From an uncultured Bacteroidales bacterium (GTDB lineage: Bacteria; Bacteroidota; Bacteroidia; Bacteroidales; UBA1402), in NCBI GenBank assembly GCA_964488495.1, contig CAZAUQ010000007.1, forward strand, positions 1 through 60,269: DNA of 60,269 nt, read 5' to 3'. Shown here piece after piece: positions 10,109-19,521 of this stretch (position 1 is the stretch's first letter; the number at the start of each line of letters is the position of its first letter). The translations under genes were made by a program, and so were the position numbers. Under the pieces are notes generated by a model. That model saw only the letters and a list, made by a program, of their open reading frames with translations. It ran no database searches and was not told the origin of the DNA.

Positions 10109-10116
10109 TATATTTG
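10109..10116 (+). promoter_or_regulatory. -7 promoter box TAtaTTTG upstream of the bactofilin gene
   Basis: Exact TAnnTTTG match 41 nt upstream of the ATG at 10157. Confidence 0.4.
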
Positions 10117-10156
10117 CGCATAAACAAATCAGCTTTATAAATTTAAATTAACTTTT

Positions 10157-10519
10157 ATGTCAAAAGACAAGCCTGTCAGCAATGGTGTTATACACAATGC
10201 TATAGCCCCGGGAACTCAAATAACCGGGAGCATCACTGCAGAAAATGATTTTCGCATAGACGGCAATATAGACGGAGATATTCTTTGTCAGGGTAAAGTA
10301 ATAGTTGGCCGGCAAGGCTATGTAAAGGGTAAGATTGTATGTGTCAATGCTGAGATCGTCGGGCAGGTGGATGGCAGAATACAAGTGTCGGAAATCCTGA
10401 CTCTGAAAGCCACAGCCATAGTTCAAGGCGAGATAAAAATTTCCACCCTGATAGTGGAACCCAATGCTCAATTCAACGGTACCTGCGAAATGTTCAAAAA
10501 AGAGGCTCCTGTAGAATAA
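10157..10519 (+). CDS. bactofilin family polymer-forming cytoskeletal protein
   Basis: 120 aa of beta-helix repeats (ITGSITAENDFRIDGNIDGDILCQGKVIVGRQGYVKGKIVC...VQGEIKISTLIVEP) typical of bactofilin/CcmA. Confidence 0.85.
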   Translation: MSKDKPVSNGVIHNAIAPGTQITGSITAENDFRIDGNIDGDILCQGKVIVGRQGYVKGKIVCVNAEIVGQVDGRIQVSEILTLKATAIVQGEIKISTLIVEPNAQFNGTCEMFKKEAPVE

Positions 10520-10537
10520 AACATAGTTACTAAGAAT

Positions 10538-10574
10538 AAAAAACGGCTGAGAATAAATTTCTCAGCCGTTTTTT
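10538..10574. terminator. bidirectional intrinsic terminator between the convergent bactofilin and nrdJ genes
   Basis: Perfect 10-bp stem 10544-10553 / 10559-10568 with loop TAAAT, flanked by A6 on the left and T6 on the right. Confidence 0.8.
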
Positions 10575-10595
10575 ATTTCATACTTTCAAAGAATC

Positions 10596-13127
10596 TTATC
10601 CGCAACGTGAATAGTCGCAATTGACACAATGGGCGCATTTTTCCTGATAAATCAGAGGATTACCACATTTGGGACATACTTCTCCCTGTACTTCAGAACC
10701 ATCGGGTAAATAGTTTTTGAGGGCACGTTCCACCCCGTTTTTCCAGGTATTGATGGATTTGCTGTCAAGCTCCAGACTGCCGACAAGTTTCAATACCTGA
10801 TCGATGGGCATGCCGTAACGTAAAACGCCGGAAATAAGTTTGGCGTAGTTCCAGTATTCCGGATTGAATTTATCCGACAAGCCCTCAACGGTGGTCTTGT
10901 ATCCCCTACGGTTACTAAACTGGAAGTCATAGCGTTTTACTCCGTTTTCGTCCACGTTTTTGATAATCCTTCCCCTGGTAACATTCTTGGGCAATGCTAT
11001 GCCATCGTCGTCGTCTTCGATACCGGTAAAGATTTCGTAAGGACGTCCGTTTTGCATACCGATAAAAGCAATCCATTTTTCTTTGTTGTTCTGAAAACGA
11101 AGCACGTCGGCAACCAGTTCCTGGGGACGCTTGGGCGTAAGTTCCGGGAAACAGATCACCCTTCCTTTGTCTTTTTTCTCTGAGGCATCCAGCAGCACAC
11201 CCGAACGCGAGCCGTCGCGGTAAACGGTGCATCCTTTACAGCCCGAGCGCCATGCTTCTACATAGAGTTGGTTGACCAATTCCTCGCTGACATCGGCGGG
11301 CAGGTTGATGGTCACACTAATGGAATGATCCACCCATTTTTGTATACGTCCCTGCATCTTGACTTTTTGCATCCAGTCCACGTCTTTGGAAGTCGCTTTG
11401 TAATAGGGCGATTTGGCTATCATTTCATCCAGCTCCTCCTGTTCGTAACGCTTGGATGTGGGATAACCCTGGGCTTCCATCCAGGTGACAAACTTGTGAT
11501 GGAAAACGATGTATTCTTCGAAGCTGTCTCCGTTTTCGTCGGTAAAGTCTATCCGCGATTCAGGATCGTTAGGATTGATTTTGCGGCGGCGTTTATAAAT
11601 GAGGCTGAATGCCGGTTCCACGCCCGAAGTGGTTTGAGTCATCAGACTGGTCGTACCTGTAGGAGCAATGGTCAGACACGCTATATTGCGCCTGCCGTAG
11701 GTTTTCATATCTTTTTTAAGCTCAGGTGCTTCGTTAAACAGGCGTTTAATATAGGGATTGTTTTTTTCGCGTTCATAATCATAAATACTGAATGATCCGC
11801 GATCTTTGGCCAGGTTCACCGAAGAACGGTAAGCCTCGATGGCCACCAGGCGGTGAATCTTTTCGGAAAAATCAGAAGCTTCTTCGGTGCCGTAACGCAG
11901 ATTGAGAGCTGCCAGCATATCACCTTCGGCAGTAGTGCCTACACCGGTTCTGCGGCCCTGGGCTGTTTTTGCTTTGATCTTTTCCCAAAGTACGCGTTCT
12001 GCACGTTTAATTTCGGGATCTTCGGGATCAGAATCAATCTTTTCGAGAATCATGTCGATTTTTTCCATTTCCAGATCGATGATATCGTCCATGATGCGTT
12101 GAGCCAGCGCCACGTGTTTTTTGAAAAGTTCATAATCAAAAACAGCCTCTGTAGTAAAGGGATTTTTTACATAGGAATACAGATTGATCGCCAAAAGGCG
12201 GCAACTGTCGTAGGGGCAAAGAGGAATTTCACCACAAGGATTGGTGGAAACCGTACGAAAACCCAAATCGGTGTAACAATCGGGCACCGATTCGTTCACT
12301 ATGGTATCCCAAAACAGCACCCCGGGTTCGGCCGATTTCCAGGCGTTGTGAACAATTTTTTTCCACAAAGCTTTGGCGTTGATTTCTTTGGTTATAAGCG
12401 GATTGGAGGCGTTAACCGGATATTGTTGCACAAAAGGAAGGTTTTCGGTGGCGGCCTGCATGAATGCATCCGTCAGCTTTACCGAGACATTGGCTCCGGT
12501 TACTTTACCTTCGGTCATTTTGGCGTCAATAAAGGATTCAGAATCGGGATGTTGAATGGATACTGTCAGCATCAGTGCACCACGCCTGCCGTCCTGAGCC
12601 ACTTCGCGGGTTGAATTGGAATAACGTTCCATAAAAGGCACGATACCAGTGGATGTCAGTGCGGAATTCTTTACAGGTGTGCCTTTGGGGCGAATGTGCG
12701 AAAGATCGTGACCGACTCCGCCGCGTCGTTTCATCAGCTGAACCTGTTCTTCGTCAATTTTAATGACGGCGCCGTATGAATCGGCCTCACCGTCAATGCC
12801 AATCACAAAACAGTTGGACAGCGAGGCTACCTGGAACTTATTCCCGATACCGGTCATGGGGCTGCCTTGAGGAATAATGTAACGGAAACGGTCGAAGAGT
12901 CCGAAAAGCTCCTTGGCCGAAAGAGGATTGGGATAGTTTTTTTCTATCCGGGCAATTTCATTAGCCAGACGCCAATGCATATCTTTCGGAGATTTTTCGT
13001 ACAAATTGCCAAAGGAATCTTTGATGGCGTATTTGTTTACCCAGACTCTGGCAGCGAGTTCGTCACCCTGGAAATATTCCAGCGAAGCATCAAAGGCTTC
13101 CTCTCGTGTGTAGGTTTTTTCTTCCAT
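10596..13127 (-). CDS. nrdJ: adenosylcobalamin-dependent ribonucleotide reductase (class II)
   Basis: 843 aa with RNR active-site regions (SNCFV, TNPCGEIPL, CLTIAPTGTTS) and a C-terminal Cys-rich zinc ribbon (CPKCGNPLIYQEKCAHCVNCDYSRCG). Confidence 0.92.
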   Translation of the reverse strand: MEEKTYTREEAFDASLEYFQGDELAARVWVNKYAIKDSFGNLYEKSPKDMHWRLANEIARIEKNYPNPLSAKELFGLFDRFRYIIPQGSPMTGIGNKFQVASLSNCFVIGIDGEADSYGAVIKIDEEQVQLMKRRGGVGHDLSHIRPKGTPVKNSALTSTGIVPFMERYSNSTREVAQDGRRGALMLTVSIQHPDSESFIDAKMTEGKVTGANVSVKLTDAFMQAATENLPFVQQYPVNASNPLITKEINAKALWKKIVHNAWKSAEPGVLFWDTIVNESVPDCYTDLGFRTVSTNPCGEIPLCPYDSCRLLAINLYSYVKNPFTTEAVFDYELFKKHVALAQRIMDDIIDLEMEKIDMILEKIDSDPEDPEIKRAERVLWEKIKAKTAQGRRTGVGTTAEGDMLAALNLRYGTEEASDFSEKIHRLVAIEAYRSSVNLAKDRGSFSIYDYEREKNNPYIKRLFNEAPELKKDMKTYGRRNIACLTIAPTGTTSLMTQTTSGVEPAFSLIYKRRRKINPNDPESRIDFTDENGDSFEEYIVFHHKFVTWMEAQGYPTSKRYEQEELDEMIAKSPYYKATSKDVDWMQKVKMQGRIQKWVDHSISVTINLPADVSEELVNQLYVEAWRSGCKGCTVYRDGSRSGVLLDASEKKDKGRVICFPELTPKRPQELVADVLRFQNNKEKWIAFIGMQNGRPYEIFTGIEDDDDGIALPKNVTRGRIIKNVDENGVKRYDFQFSNRRGYKTTVEGLSDKFNPEYWNYAKLISGVLRYGMPIDQVLKLVGSLELDSKSINTWKNGVERALKNYLPDGSEVQGEVCPKCGNPLIYQEKCAHCVNCDYSRCG

Positions 13128-13422
13128 GATAAATAATAAAAAAGTTCTATAAGTTGATAATATTTAAATTCCTCTGCTAAAAGTTCCGGGTTTGTATTAT
13201 TGGATTTGCAATATTAATCCAAATATTCAAGTGAAAAAAAAAATCAATATGAAGATATCATTAATTCTTTCAAATAATTACAATGTAATACATAAACATC
13301 AGAAAATGAGTAGTATAATAAAAATATATAAAAAGGAAAAATGGTAAAAAGGAAAATATCCAATAAAAATAGCATTAACCAAGTTGATAAAAAAAATAAT
13401 TGGGAGGAATTTTTTTTAAAAC

Positions 13423-13430
13423 TATCTTTG
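13423..13430 (+). promoter_or_regulatory. -7 promoter box TAtcTTTG upstream of the nitroreductase gene
   Basis: Exact TAnnTTTG match 36 nt upstream of the ATG at 13466. Confidence 0.4.
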
Positions 13431-13465
13431 CAAAGAGAAAAAACCACAGCATAAATATCGCCCCT

Positions 13466-14203
13466 ATGGATTCGATGAAAAAAAGAGCCACTGTACGTGC
13501 CTATTCCCAACAAGATATCAACCAAGAGCTGTTGGATGAATTGCTGGAAATTGCCTGCCGTTCTTCCAATACCGGCAATATGCAAGCCTACAGTATTGTT
13601 GTGAGCCGCGATCCCGATCGCAGAAAAGCCTTGGCGGCCTGCCATTTCAATCAGCCACAAGTGGTTAATGCGCCCGTAGTTTTGACATTTTGCGCCGATT
13701 TCAACCGTTTTAGCAAGTGGTGTGCCCAACGTAATGCTTTGGCCGGCTTCAACAATATCCAGGCCTTGACCTACGCTTCCATCGATGCTGTCATTGCAGC
13801 CCAGACTTTTTGTGTGGCTGCCGAAGAAATAGGCCTGGGTATCTGCTATCTGGGTACAACTACCTATATGGCTGCAGAAATAATCGAACTTCTGGAATTA
13901 CCACCTTTGGTATTTCCGGTGACTACTGTCAGTGTCGGCTATCCCATGGAAGCTCCCAAACAATGCGAACGCCTCCCGCTGGAAGCCATTATCCATTCCG
14001 AAACGTATCACAATTACACACCTGCTGATATCGACCGTCTGCACCTGGCCAAAGAACAATTGCCCGAGAACCGGCATTTTGTGGAAATCAATCACAAAGA
14101 AAACCTGGCCCAGGTTTTTGCTGAAATCCGTTACACCAAAAAAGACAACGAACATTTCTCCGACACCCTGGCCAAGGCTGTAAAAAAGCAGGGCTTCTGT
14201 TGA
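13466..14203 (+). CDS. nitroreductase family NAD(P)H-dependent oxidoreductase (NfsA-like)
   Basis: KKRATVRAYSQQDI...LLEIACRSSNTGNMQAYSIVV is the nitroreductase N-terminal signature. The ATG at 13466 is preferred because the track start at 13400 lies upstream of the promoter box. Confidence 0.85.
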   Translation: MDSMKKRATVRAYSQQDINQELLDELLEIACRSSNTGNMQAYSIVVSRDPDRRKALAACHFNQPQVVNAPVVLTFCADFNRFSKWCAQRNALAGFNNIQALTYASIDAVIAAQTFCVAAEEIGLGICYLGTTTYMAAEIIELLELPPLVFPVTTVSVGYPMEAPKQCERLPLEAIIHSETYHNYTPADIDRLHLAKEQLPENRHFVEINHKENLAQVFAEIRYTKKDNEHFSDTLAKAVKKQGFC

Positions 14204-14215
14204 ACAGCCCTGCTT
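14181..14215 (-). terminator. putative intrinsic terminator of dnaA, overlapping the 3' end of the convergent nitroreductase gene
   Basis: Perfect 10-bp stem AAGCAGGGCT 14186-14195 / AGCCCTGCTT 14206-14215. A T run follows only on the minus strand. Confidence 0.5.
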
Positions 14216-14296
14216 AAAGTGTAAAACCTGAAGTTTACGTTTTTATCGAGAAAGTGCTTAGCTGAAAAGTTCGCCGGCTAAACTCTGTGTTCGTTT

Positions 14297-15700
14297 TTAT
14301 TGAAACAAAATTTTTTCAATTTTCTGAATATCGCTGCGCAAACTTTTGTCGGTCTCTATCCAGTCGTTCACTGTTTTGCATGCATGAATCACGGTGGCGT
14401 GATTGCGCTTGCCCAGCAGTTCGCCTATGCGGGCATAGGAACTGTCGGTGTATTTTTTGGAAAGATACATGGCAATCTGGCGGGCGTGAGCCACTTCCTG
14501 CTTTTTAGAGCGGGTTTGTATCAGTTGAGGTTCAAGTTTGTAGTATTTACATACCTCATTTTCGATCAATTCAACCGAAATCGGGCGTTCTTTCACCTGA
14601 ATGGAGTTGTCTACCACCTGTTTGCATAGCTCCAGATCAACATTCTTACCAATAATGATGGAATGGGCCATTAGTGACACTACGATGCCTTCCAGGTCAC
14701 GGATATTGTCTTTTGCGTGCCGGGCAATATACTCCACCACTTCTTCGGGAAATTCCAGGCCGTCCCGCTGGATCTTACTTTTGAGAATGTCCAGGCGCAA
14801 TTGGTAATCGGGTTGGGTTATTTCGGCAGTGAGCCCCCATTTAAACCTGGTCAGCAGGCGATCTTCCACTCCCTGTAAATCTTTGGGCGCCCTGTCGCAG
14901 GTCATAACCAGTTGCTTGCTGTTCTGATGCAGGTGGTTGAAAATATGGAAAAATACGTTTTGTGTACCCTGTTTACCTGACAACTCATGAATATCGTCTA
15001 TTAACAACAAGTCGATGCTTTGGTAAAAATGGATAAAATCGTTGATGCTGTTGTTGAGGTATGCCTGTGAATACTGCACCTGAAACAAATGCGAGGAAAC
15101 ATAAAGCACTCTCAGATCGGGATTTTTATACAGCGCATGATTTCCAATAGCATGTAAAAGATGGGTTTTACCCACGCCGGACTTACCATAAACAAACAGA
15201 GGATTGAAAATGGTTTTGCCCGGGCTTTCGGCTATGGAAACGCCTGCAGTACGTGAAAGTTTATTACTGTTGCCGGCAATAAAGTTTCCGAAATGAAAAC
15301 TCGAGTTAAGTTGAGGATCCAGCCTGTTAGGAAGCAATTGCTCGAAAGGGCTTACCAGGGCGGCTTTGCTGTTGGTTGGCAGGTTCTGAATTGCCTTTTC
15401 TTTATTGGGGTGCTGATCAGGAGTAATATCGATGAAGTTGTCTGACAATTTAATTTTGTACAGCAGCCGGGTGGGTTTGCCTGTAATACGTTGCAGGCTT
15501 TTACCGATTACATCCGAAAAATTACTTTCGATGTGCTCAAAAAAGAAATGTGTGGGAACCTGTATGAGTAAATCTTCGTTTTGATACTTAAGAGGAATGA
15601 TAGGAAGTAACCAGGTAGAAAAGTTAGATTCCGGAACAATGTCCTTGACAATGTCGAGGCATTTGCTCCACAATTCTTCATGGTTAAAATTAAAATCCAT
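14297..15700 (-). CDS. dnaA: chromosomal replication initiator protein DnaA
   Basis: 467 aa with Walker A GKSGVGKTHLL, LLIDDIH, the AAA+ sensor regions, and the C-terminal DNA-binding domain (ARQIAMYLSKKYT...GKRNHATVIHA). Confidence 0.97.
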   Translation of the reverse strand: MDFNFNHEELWSKCLDIVKDIVPESNFSTWLLPIIPLKYQNEDLLIQVPTHFFFEHIESNFSDVIGKSLQRITGKPTRLLYKIKLSDNFIDITPDQHPNKEKAIQNLPTNSKAALVSPFEQLLPNRLDPQLNSSFHFGNFIAGNSNKLSRTAGVSIAESPGKTIFNPLFVYGKSGVGKTHLLHAIGNHALYKNPDLRVLYVSSHLFQVQYSQAYLNNSINDFIHFYQSIDLLLIDDIHELSGKQGTQNVFFHIFNHLHQNSKQLVMTCDRAPKDLQGVEDRLLTRFKWGLTAEITQPDYQLRLDILKSKIQRDGLEFPEEVVEYIARHAKDNIRDLEGIVVSLMAHSIIIGKNVDLELCKQVVDNSIQVKERPISVELIENEVCKYYKLEPQLIQTRSKKQEVAHARQIAMYLSKKYTDSSYARIGELLGKRNHATVIHACKTVNDWIETDKSLRSDIQKIEKILFQ

Positions 15701-16104
15701 AATTATTCCTCTGAGTTTAGCTTGAATCGTACTGCAAATTTTTGAAGAAAAATCGAATAAAACAAACGAAGATTTTGTTCAAAAGTTTTGTAAATGCGTA
15801 TCTATTTTAGGCTTAATCGATTAGATTTAAAAATATGATAATCAGTGTTTTATGTAAAAACTAAAATCGCAACAATCTTATAAATAGAGCTTTGTAATTT
15901 TGACAGTTTGAATTGTTAAATTGGCAGTAAATTCTCCAATCGCTTTAGAGCAAAGGAAATAACAGACTTGTGTTATTTTTACATTAAGTTTTAAAACCTG
16001 CTATTTAATTCTAAAAACAGCTTGAAATATCTGTATAATTATTCAAACAATTTTCCAATCTGCCTTTATTCCGTCTTTCTCTATTTCTGTTTTTATGCCC
16101 TCAG

Positions 16105-17004
16105 TTATTTTTTGGAACCAAAGAGCGAAAAATGAACGTAACGTTTAGGCTGCGCCCTTAAATCCAACAGAAGTTCGTTGGCACTTGAGGCCGTTTGGTT
16201 CAGGTTAAAGTACAATTCAGTATCGTTCAGCAACAAGCCCAGACTGTTGTCAGGCCTGGTCAGACGCAGGCTTATGTCTTGTAATATCAGCACAGTACTG
16301 TCGACCCGATGGCTTATGCCGGCAAAATCAACAGCCCTGAGCTCCTGTCCCAGAGCATTAAAATTACTACTCAGAGAATCGATGTTTCTGACTACCGAGG
16401 GAATTTCGTTGGCTAGCAGCAGATCAAGGCTGGCCGATGCAGAGACAAGCTTTTCACCTGCCTTGCGTACCGAAGCCAGGCTTTCGTTCAGGTCGCCTCC
16501 TTCTTCCAGCTGGGCCTCGAGTTGGGCAATCACCTTGCCTGTTTGTTGAATCATATCCTGTATGCCCGGTAAAAGCTCTTCTTCAAGCACATCCAGCAAA
16601 CCGGCTTTGTGTTCGGCCAGCAGAGTATCACCATCGGCCAGCAATTGAGGACCCTGGCCCAGAATCAGACTGATTTCGGGATTGCCCATCAAGGCGGGTT
16701 CTAAAACCGCCCTGGTGCCGGCGGGCAAGTTGAGTTCGTTTTCCAGGCTCAGTTCCACCAGAATATGACCGGGAGAGTCGTACTGATATTCGATGCTTTT
16801 AACCAGTCCTACCTGAAAACCGTCCAGCATCACCGGCGCTGAGGTTACAAGACCGTCAATTTGATTGTATACAATATAATACTGCTGAGCTTGTTTGAGC
16901 AGATTAAGGCCTTTGAGGTAATTCAGCCCCCAGACAAACAGGGCGATGGCGATAATGACCGTCAACCCGATCCGGCTTTCTTTGTTCAGTTTAAATTTCT
17001 TCAT
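16105..17004 (-). CDS. mlaD: MlaD/MCE family outer-membrane lipid asymmetry protein
   Basis: N-terminal TM helix followed by an MCE domain (YYIVYNQIDGLVTSAPVMLDGFQVGLV). The ATG at 17004 (MKKFKLNKE) is preferred because the track start at 17097 overlaps the upstream amidase gene. Confidence 0.8.
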   Translation of the reverse strand: MKKFKLNKESRIGLTVIIAIALFVWGLNYLKGLNLLKQAQQYYIVYNQIDGLVTSAPVMLDGFQVGLVKSIEYQYDSPGHILVELSLENELNLPAGTRAVLEPALMGNPEISLILGQGPQLLADGDTLLAEHKAGLLDVLEEELLPGIQDMIQQTGKVIAQLEAQLEEGGDLNESLASVRKAGEKLVSASASLDLLLANEIPSVVRNIDSLSSNFNALGQELRAVDFAGISHRVDSTVLILQDISLRLTRPDNSLGLLLNDTELYFNLNQTASSANELLLDLRAQPKRYVHFSLFGSKK

Positions 17005-17071
17005 AATCTTGTTATTGCTTTTACCGCAGGATATTAGTTGGTTTAAGACCGACTTCTTCCGTTTTGGTGCA

Positions 17072-18175
17072 TTATGGTTTTGATCTGGCTTCTTCAAGGC
17101 TGATACGGTTGTTATCCTTAAAAGCGACTATGAAAGCATCCGGAAACAGCGAGGCGATCTTTTTGCGTTCGGCAGCCGCTTCCTTTTCTGTAGAAAAAAC
17201 ACCGTAGGTATATTTATATAATTTCTTGTCCTGATAAAAATCGATGTTCTTCAGCCCGCGGAATTCTTTGTCGTTTTTTTCCAGGAGTGTGCTTGTGACA
17301 AAGAGTTGTATTTTGTACACCGGAGCACCCTGAATTCCTTGAATTTCCTGTGTTCCCTGAGCGACTGCCGGTTCAACGCCCGTATTATCGTCAGAGGTCT
17401 TGGTTATTGATTTTCGTTGGTAATCATTTTTGAACTTAACTACGGCATCGTAGATGCAATACGCTAACTCGTTCTGACCTTTCTCACTTTTCAGATAGCG
17501 TTCTTCGTCGGAATTGGTGATAAAACCCAGTTCAACCAGTACCGATGGCATACCGGTGTCCCAAAGCACCCAATAGGGAGCTTGGCGCACACCCCGGTCA
17601 GTACGTTTTTTGTGTACAAAACCCTTCTGTACCAGCGAGGCGAAAGCAATACTCTGATCCATATGGGCATCCTGCAAAAATTCGAACATAATATACGATT
17701 CCGCCGAAGTAGGATTGAAACCCTCGTAACGTTGTTCGTAATTCTCTTCGAGCAGTATAACACTATTCTCGCGTTTTGCCACTTCGATGTTTTCATCGAG
17801 CTTGTCTTGGCCCAAGGTAAACACAGAGGCTCCTGTAACCTTTTTGTTGTCCACTCCGTCGGTATGAATAGAAATAAAAAGATCGGCTTTGGCTTTGTTT
17901 GCCATTCTGGACCTTTCTTCGAGTTTAATAAAAACGTCGGTGTTGCGTGTGTAAATCAGTTTTATGTCTTTATTGTTGGTTTCGAGGAGTTTTCCAACTT
18001 TCTTGGCTACTGCAAGCACTATGTTTTTTTCGTAGGCTGTGGCGCCGACCGATCCCGGATCTTTACCTCCGTGCCCCGGATCGATAACTACCGTAAATGG
18101 CTTTTCTGCTCCCGATAAGCTCTGGTTTAGTGTAATGGCAAGAAATAAAGCCAAAAACAGGAGTCGAAAGTACAT
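17072..18175 (-). CDS. N-acetylmuramoyl-L-alanine amidase (AmiC-type) with a C-terminal SPOR-like domain
   Basis: Signal peptide, then VVIDPGHGGKDPG...ISIHTD...SVLVELGFITN amidase_3 motifs. The C-terminal YKIQLF...AFIVAF segment resembles a SPOR domain. Confidence 0.88.
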   Translation of the reverse strand: MYFRLLFLALFLAITLNQSLSGAEKPFTVVIDPGHGGKDPGSVGATAYEKNIVLAVAKKVGKLLETNNKDIKLIYTRNTDVFIKLEERSRMANKAKADLFISIHTDGVDNKKVTGASVFTLGQDKLDENIEVAKRENSVILLEENYEQRYEGFNPTSAESYIMFEFLQDAHMDQSIAFASLVQKGFVHKKRTDRGVRQAPYWVLWDTGMPSVLVELGFITNSDEERYLKSEKGQNELAYCIYDAVVKFKNDYQRKSITKTSDDNTGVEPAVAQGTQEIQGIQGAPVYKIQLFVTSTLLEKNDKEFRGLKNIDFYQDKKLYKYTYGVFSTEKEAAAERKKIASLFPDAFIVAFKDNNRISLEEARSKP

Positions 18176-18247
18176 AGATTCAATGCTTAGCGAAAATTAA
18201 TACAAGCACAAAAATAGAAAAAAAACCTCGATGCGACAAATAGGAAG

Positions 18248-19423
18248 TTATTCTTGATAATCCGGATACAAAAGATAATTTGACCTTAATTGGCGATACA
18301 CTGCCAGGTCGTTTTGCCAGCCGGCACGGATTTCTGCCTGAGCCCGTCCGGCCAGTATTTCTTCTCTTAGCGAGGAGTTACCGGCCAATAAGTCGAAAAA
18401 ACGGGGATGGGCAAAAAAGGCTGCTCCCATACCTGAACGGCGATACATACGCAGTATATAATTTAGGTTCAAGCCACGGGGACAGTCTTCCTCGCTCAAA
18501 TCCAGCCCGTAACAAGGCTGATTCTGATACAAACTTCCTTTCCCGGTCGGAATAAAAATAAACTCACCAAAGCGGGAATCGGGATAACCCACTATCTTAA
18601 AAGGAGTTTCGGTACCTCTGCCCACACTCATAAGGCTGCCTTCAAACAGACAGAGCGATGGATAAAGACAAACAGCCTGTTGATCACGTAGATTGGGCGA
18701 AGGTCTTACAGGCAGTGAATAGGATTGCCCGTGACGCCATCCGCTTACAGGAATCACCCGGAGCTTGCAGCGCATATCGTTGGGCAGCCAGCCTTCTCCG
18801 TTGATCATCATTGCCAGTTCCCCCAGCGTACAACCGTGTAACAACGGAATAGGATGCATACCCACAAAAGAGGAATAATCTTTTTGCAGCACAGGTCCGT
18901 CAATGGTGTCGTTGGGATTAGGCCTGTCAAGTACGATGAGCTCCACCCCCGATTCAGCACAGGCTTCCATCAGGTAATGCAGCGTGCTCAGGTAAGTAAA
19001 AAAACGGGTTCCCACATCCTGGATATCAAAAACCACCAGGTCGAGTTCTTGCATTTGCTCAGCACTCGGTTTTTTCTGATCGCCGTAGAGGGAATAAACT
19101 TTGAGGTTAGTCAAACTGTCCAGTCCGTCAGTGATAGTTTCTCCTGCCTGGCCCTCGCCTCTGAAGCCATGCTCGGGAGCATACAAAAAAGCCGGTCTCA
19201 AACCTGCCCGACAAAGGCTGTCGGGCAAGCTGACTTTGCCGATTCGTGAGCTTTGGTTCAGCACCAGGGCAAAACGTTTGCCCTGCAGCAGAGGAAAATA
19301 GGCCTCGGTTTGTTCTGCACCGGTTCTTATGGAGCTTTCTGTGGTTTTGCCCTGACTGTTGTTGCGAAGGCAGGAACACAAGCAGCTGCATAAGCAAACT
19401 ATAAATAGCGTGAATTTGGTCAT
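18248..19423 (-). CDS. namZ: DUF1343 family exo-beta-N-acetylmuramidase (NamZ-like) lipoprotein
   Basis: Conserved DUF1343 blocks (LYAPEHGFRG, VFDIQDVGTRFFTY, LDRPNP). The ATG at 19423 gives the lipoprotein-like signal MTKFTLFIVCLCSC; the longer track ORF overlaps the divergent HD gene. Confidence 0.82.
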   Translation of the reverse strand: MTKFTLFIVCLCSCLCSCLRNNSQGKTTESSIRTGAEQTEAYFPLLQGKRFALVLNQSSRIGKVSLPDSLCRAGLRPAFLYAPEHGFRGEGQAGETITDGLDSLTNLKVYSLYGDQKKPSAEQMQELDLVVFDIQDVGTRFFTYLSTLHYLMEACAESGVELIVLDRPNPNDTIDGPVLQKDYSSFVGMHPIPLLHGCTLGELAMMINGEGWLPNDMRCKLRVIPVSGWRHGQSYSLPVRPSPNLRDQQAVCLYPSLCLFEGSLMSVGRGTETPFKIVGYPDSRFGEFIFIPTGKGSLYQNQPCYGLDLSEEDCPRGLNLNYILRMYRRSGMGAAFFAHPRFFDLLAGNSSLREEILAGRAQAEIRAGWQNDLAVYRQLRSNYLLYPDYQE

Positions 19424-19521
19424 GTGACAGGTCTGGATAGTTGTGTGTACAAAAATAATTCTTTTTCTTTGCCTTGCAAGAATCCCGGGACGAAAGCTCC
19501 GGGTGCCAACTACCGTAAATA

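Noticed and set aside
13128-13400. A cobalamin riboswitch in the nrdJ leader.
   Set aside because: The leader is almost entirely A/T and lacks any GC-rich B12-box-like core that I could recognise. A covariance-model scan would be needed to exclude it formally.
13244-13729. A 161-aa minus-strand ORF overlapping the nrdJ-nitroreductase intergenic region.
   Set aside because: Half of it is antisense to the well-supported nitroreductase gene, and the rest translates AT-rich spacer into low-complexity F/L/I/Y sequence.
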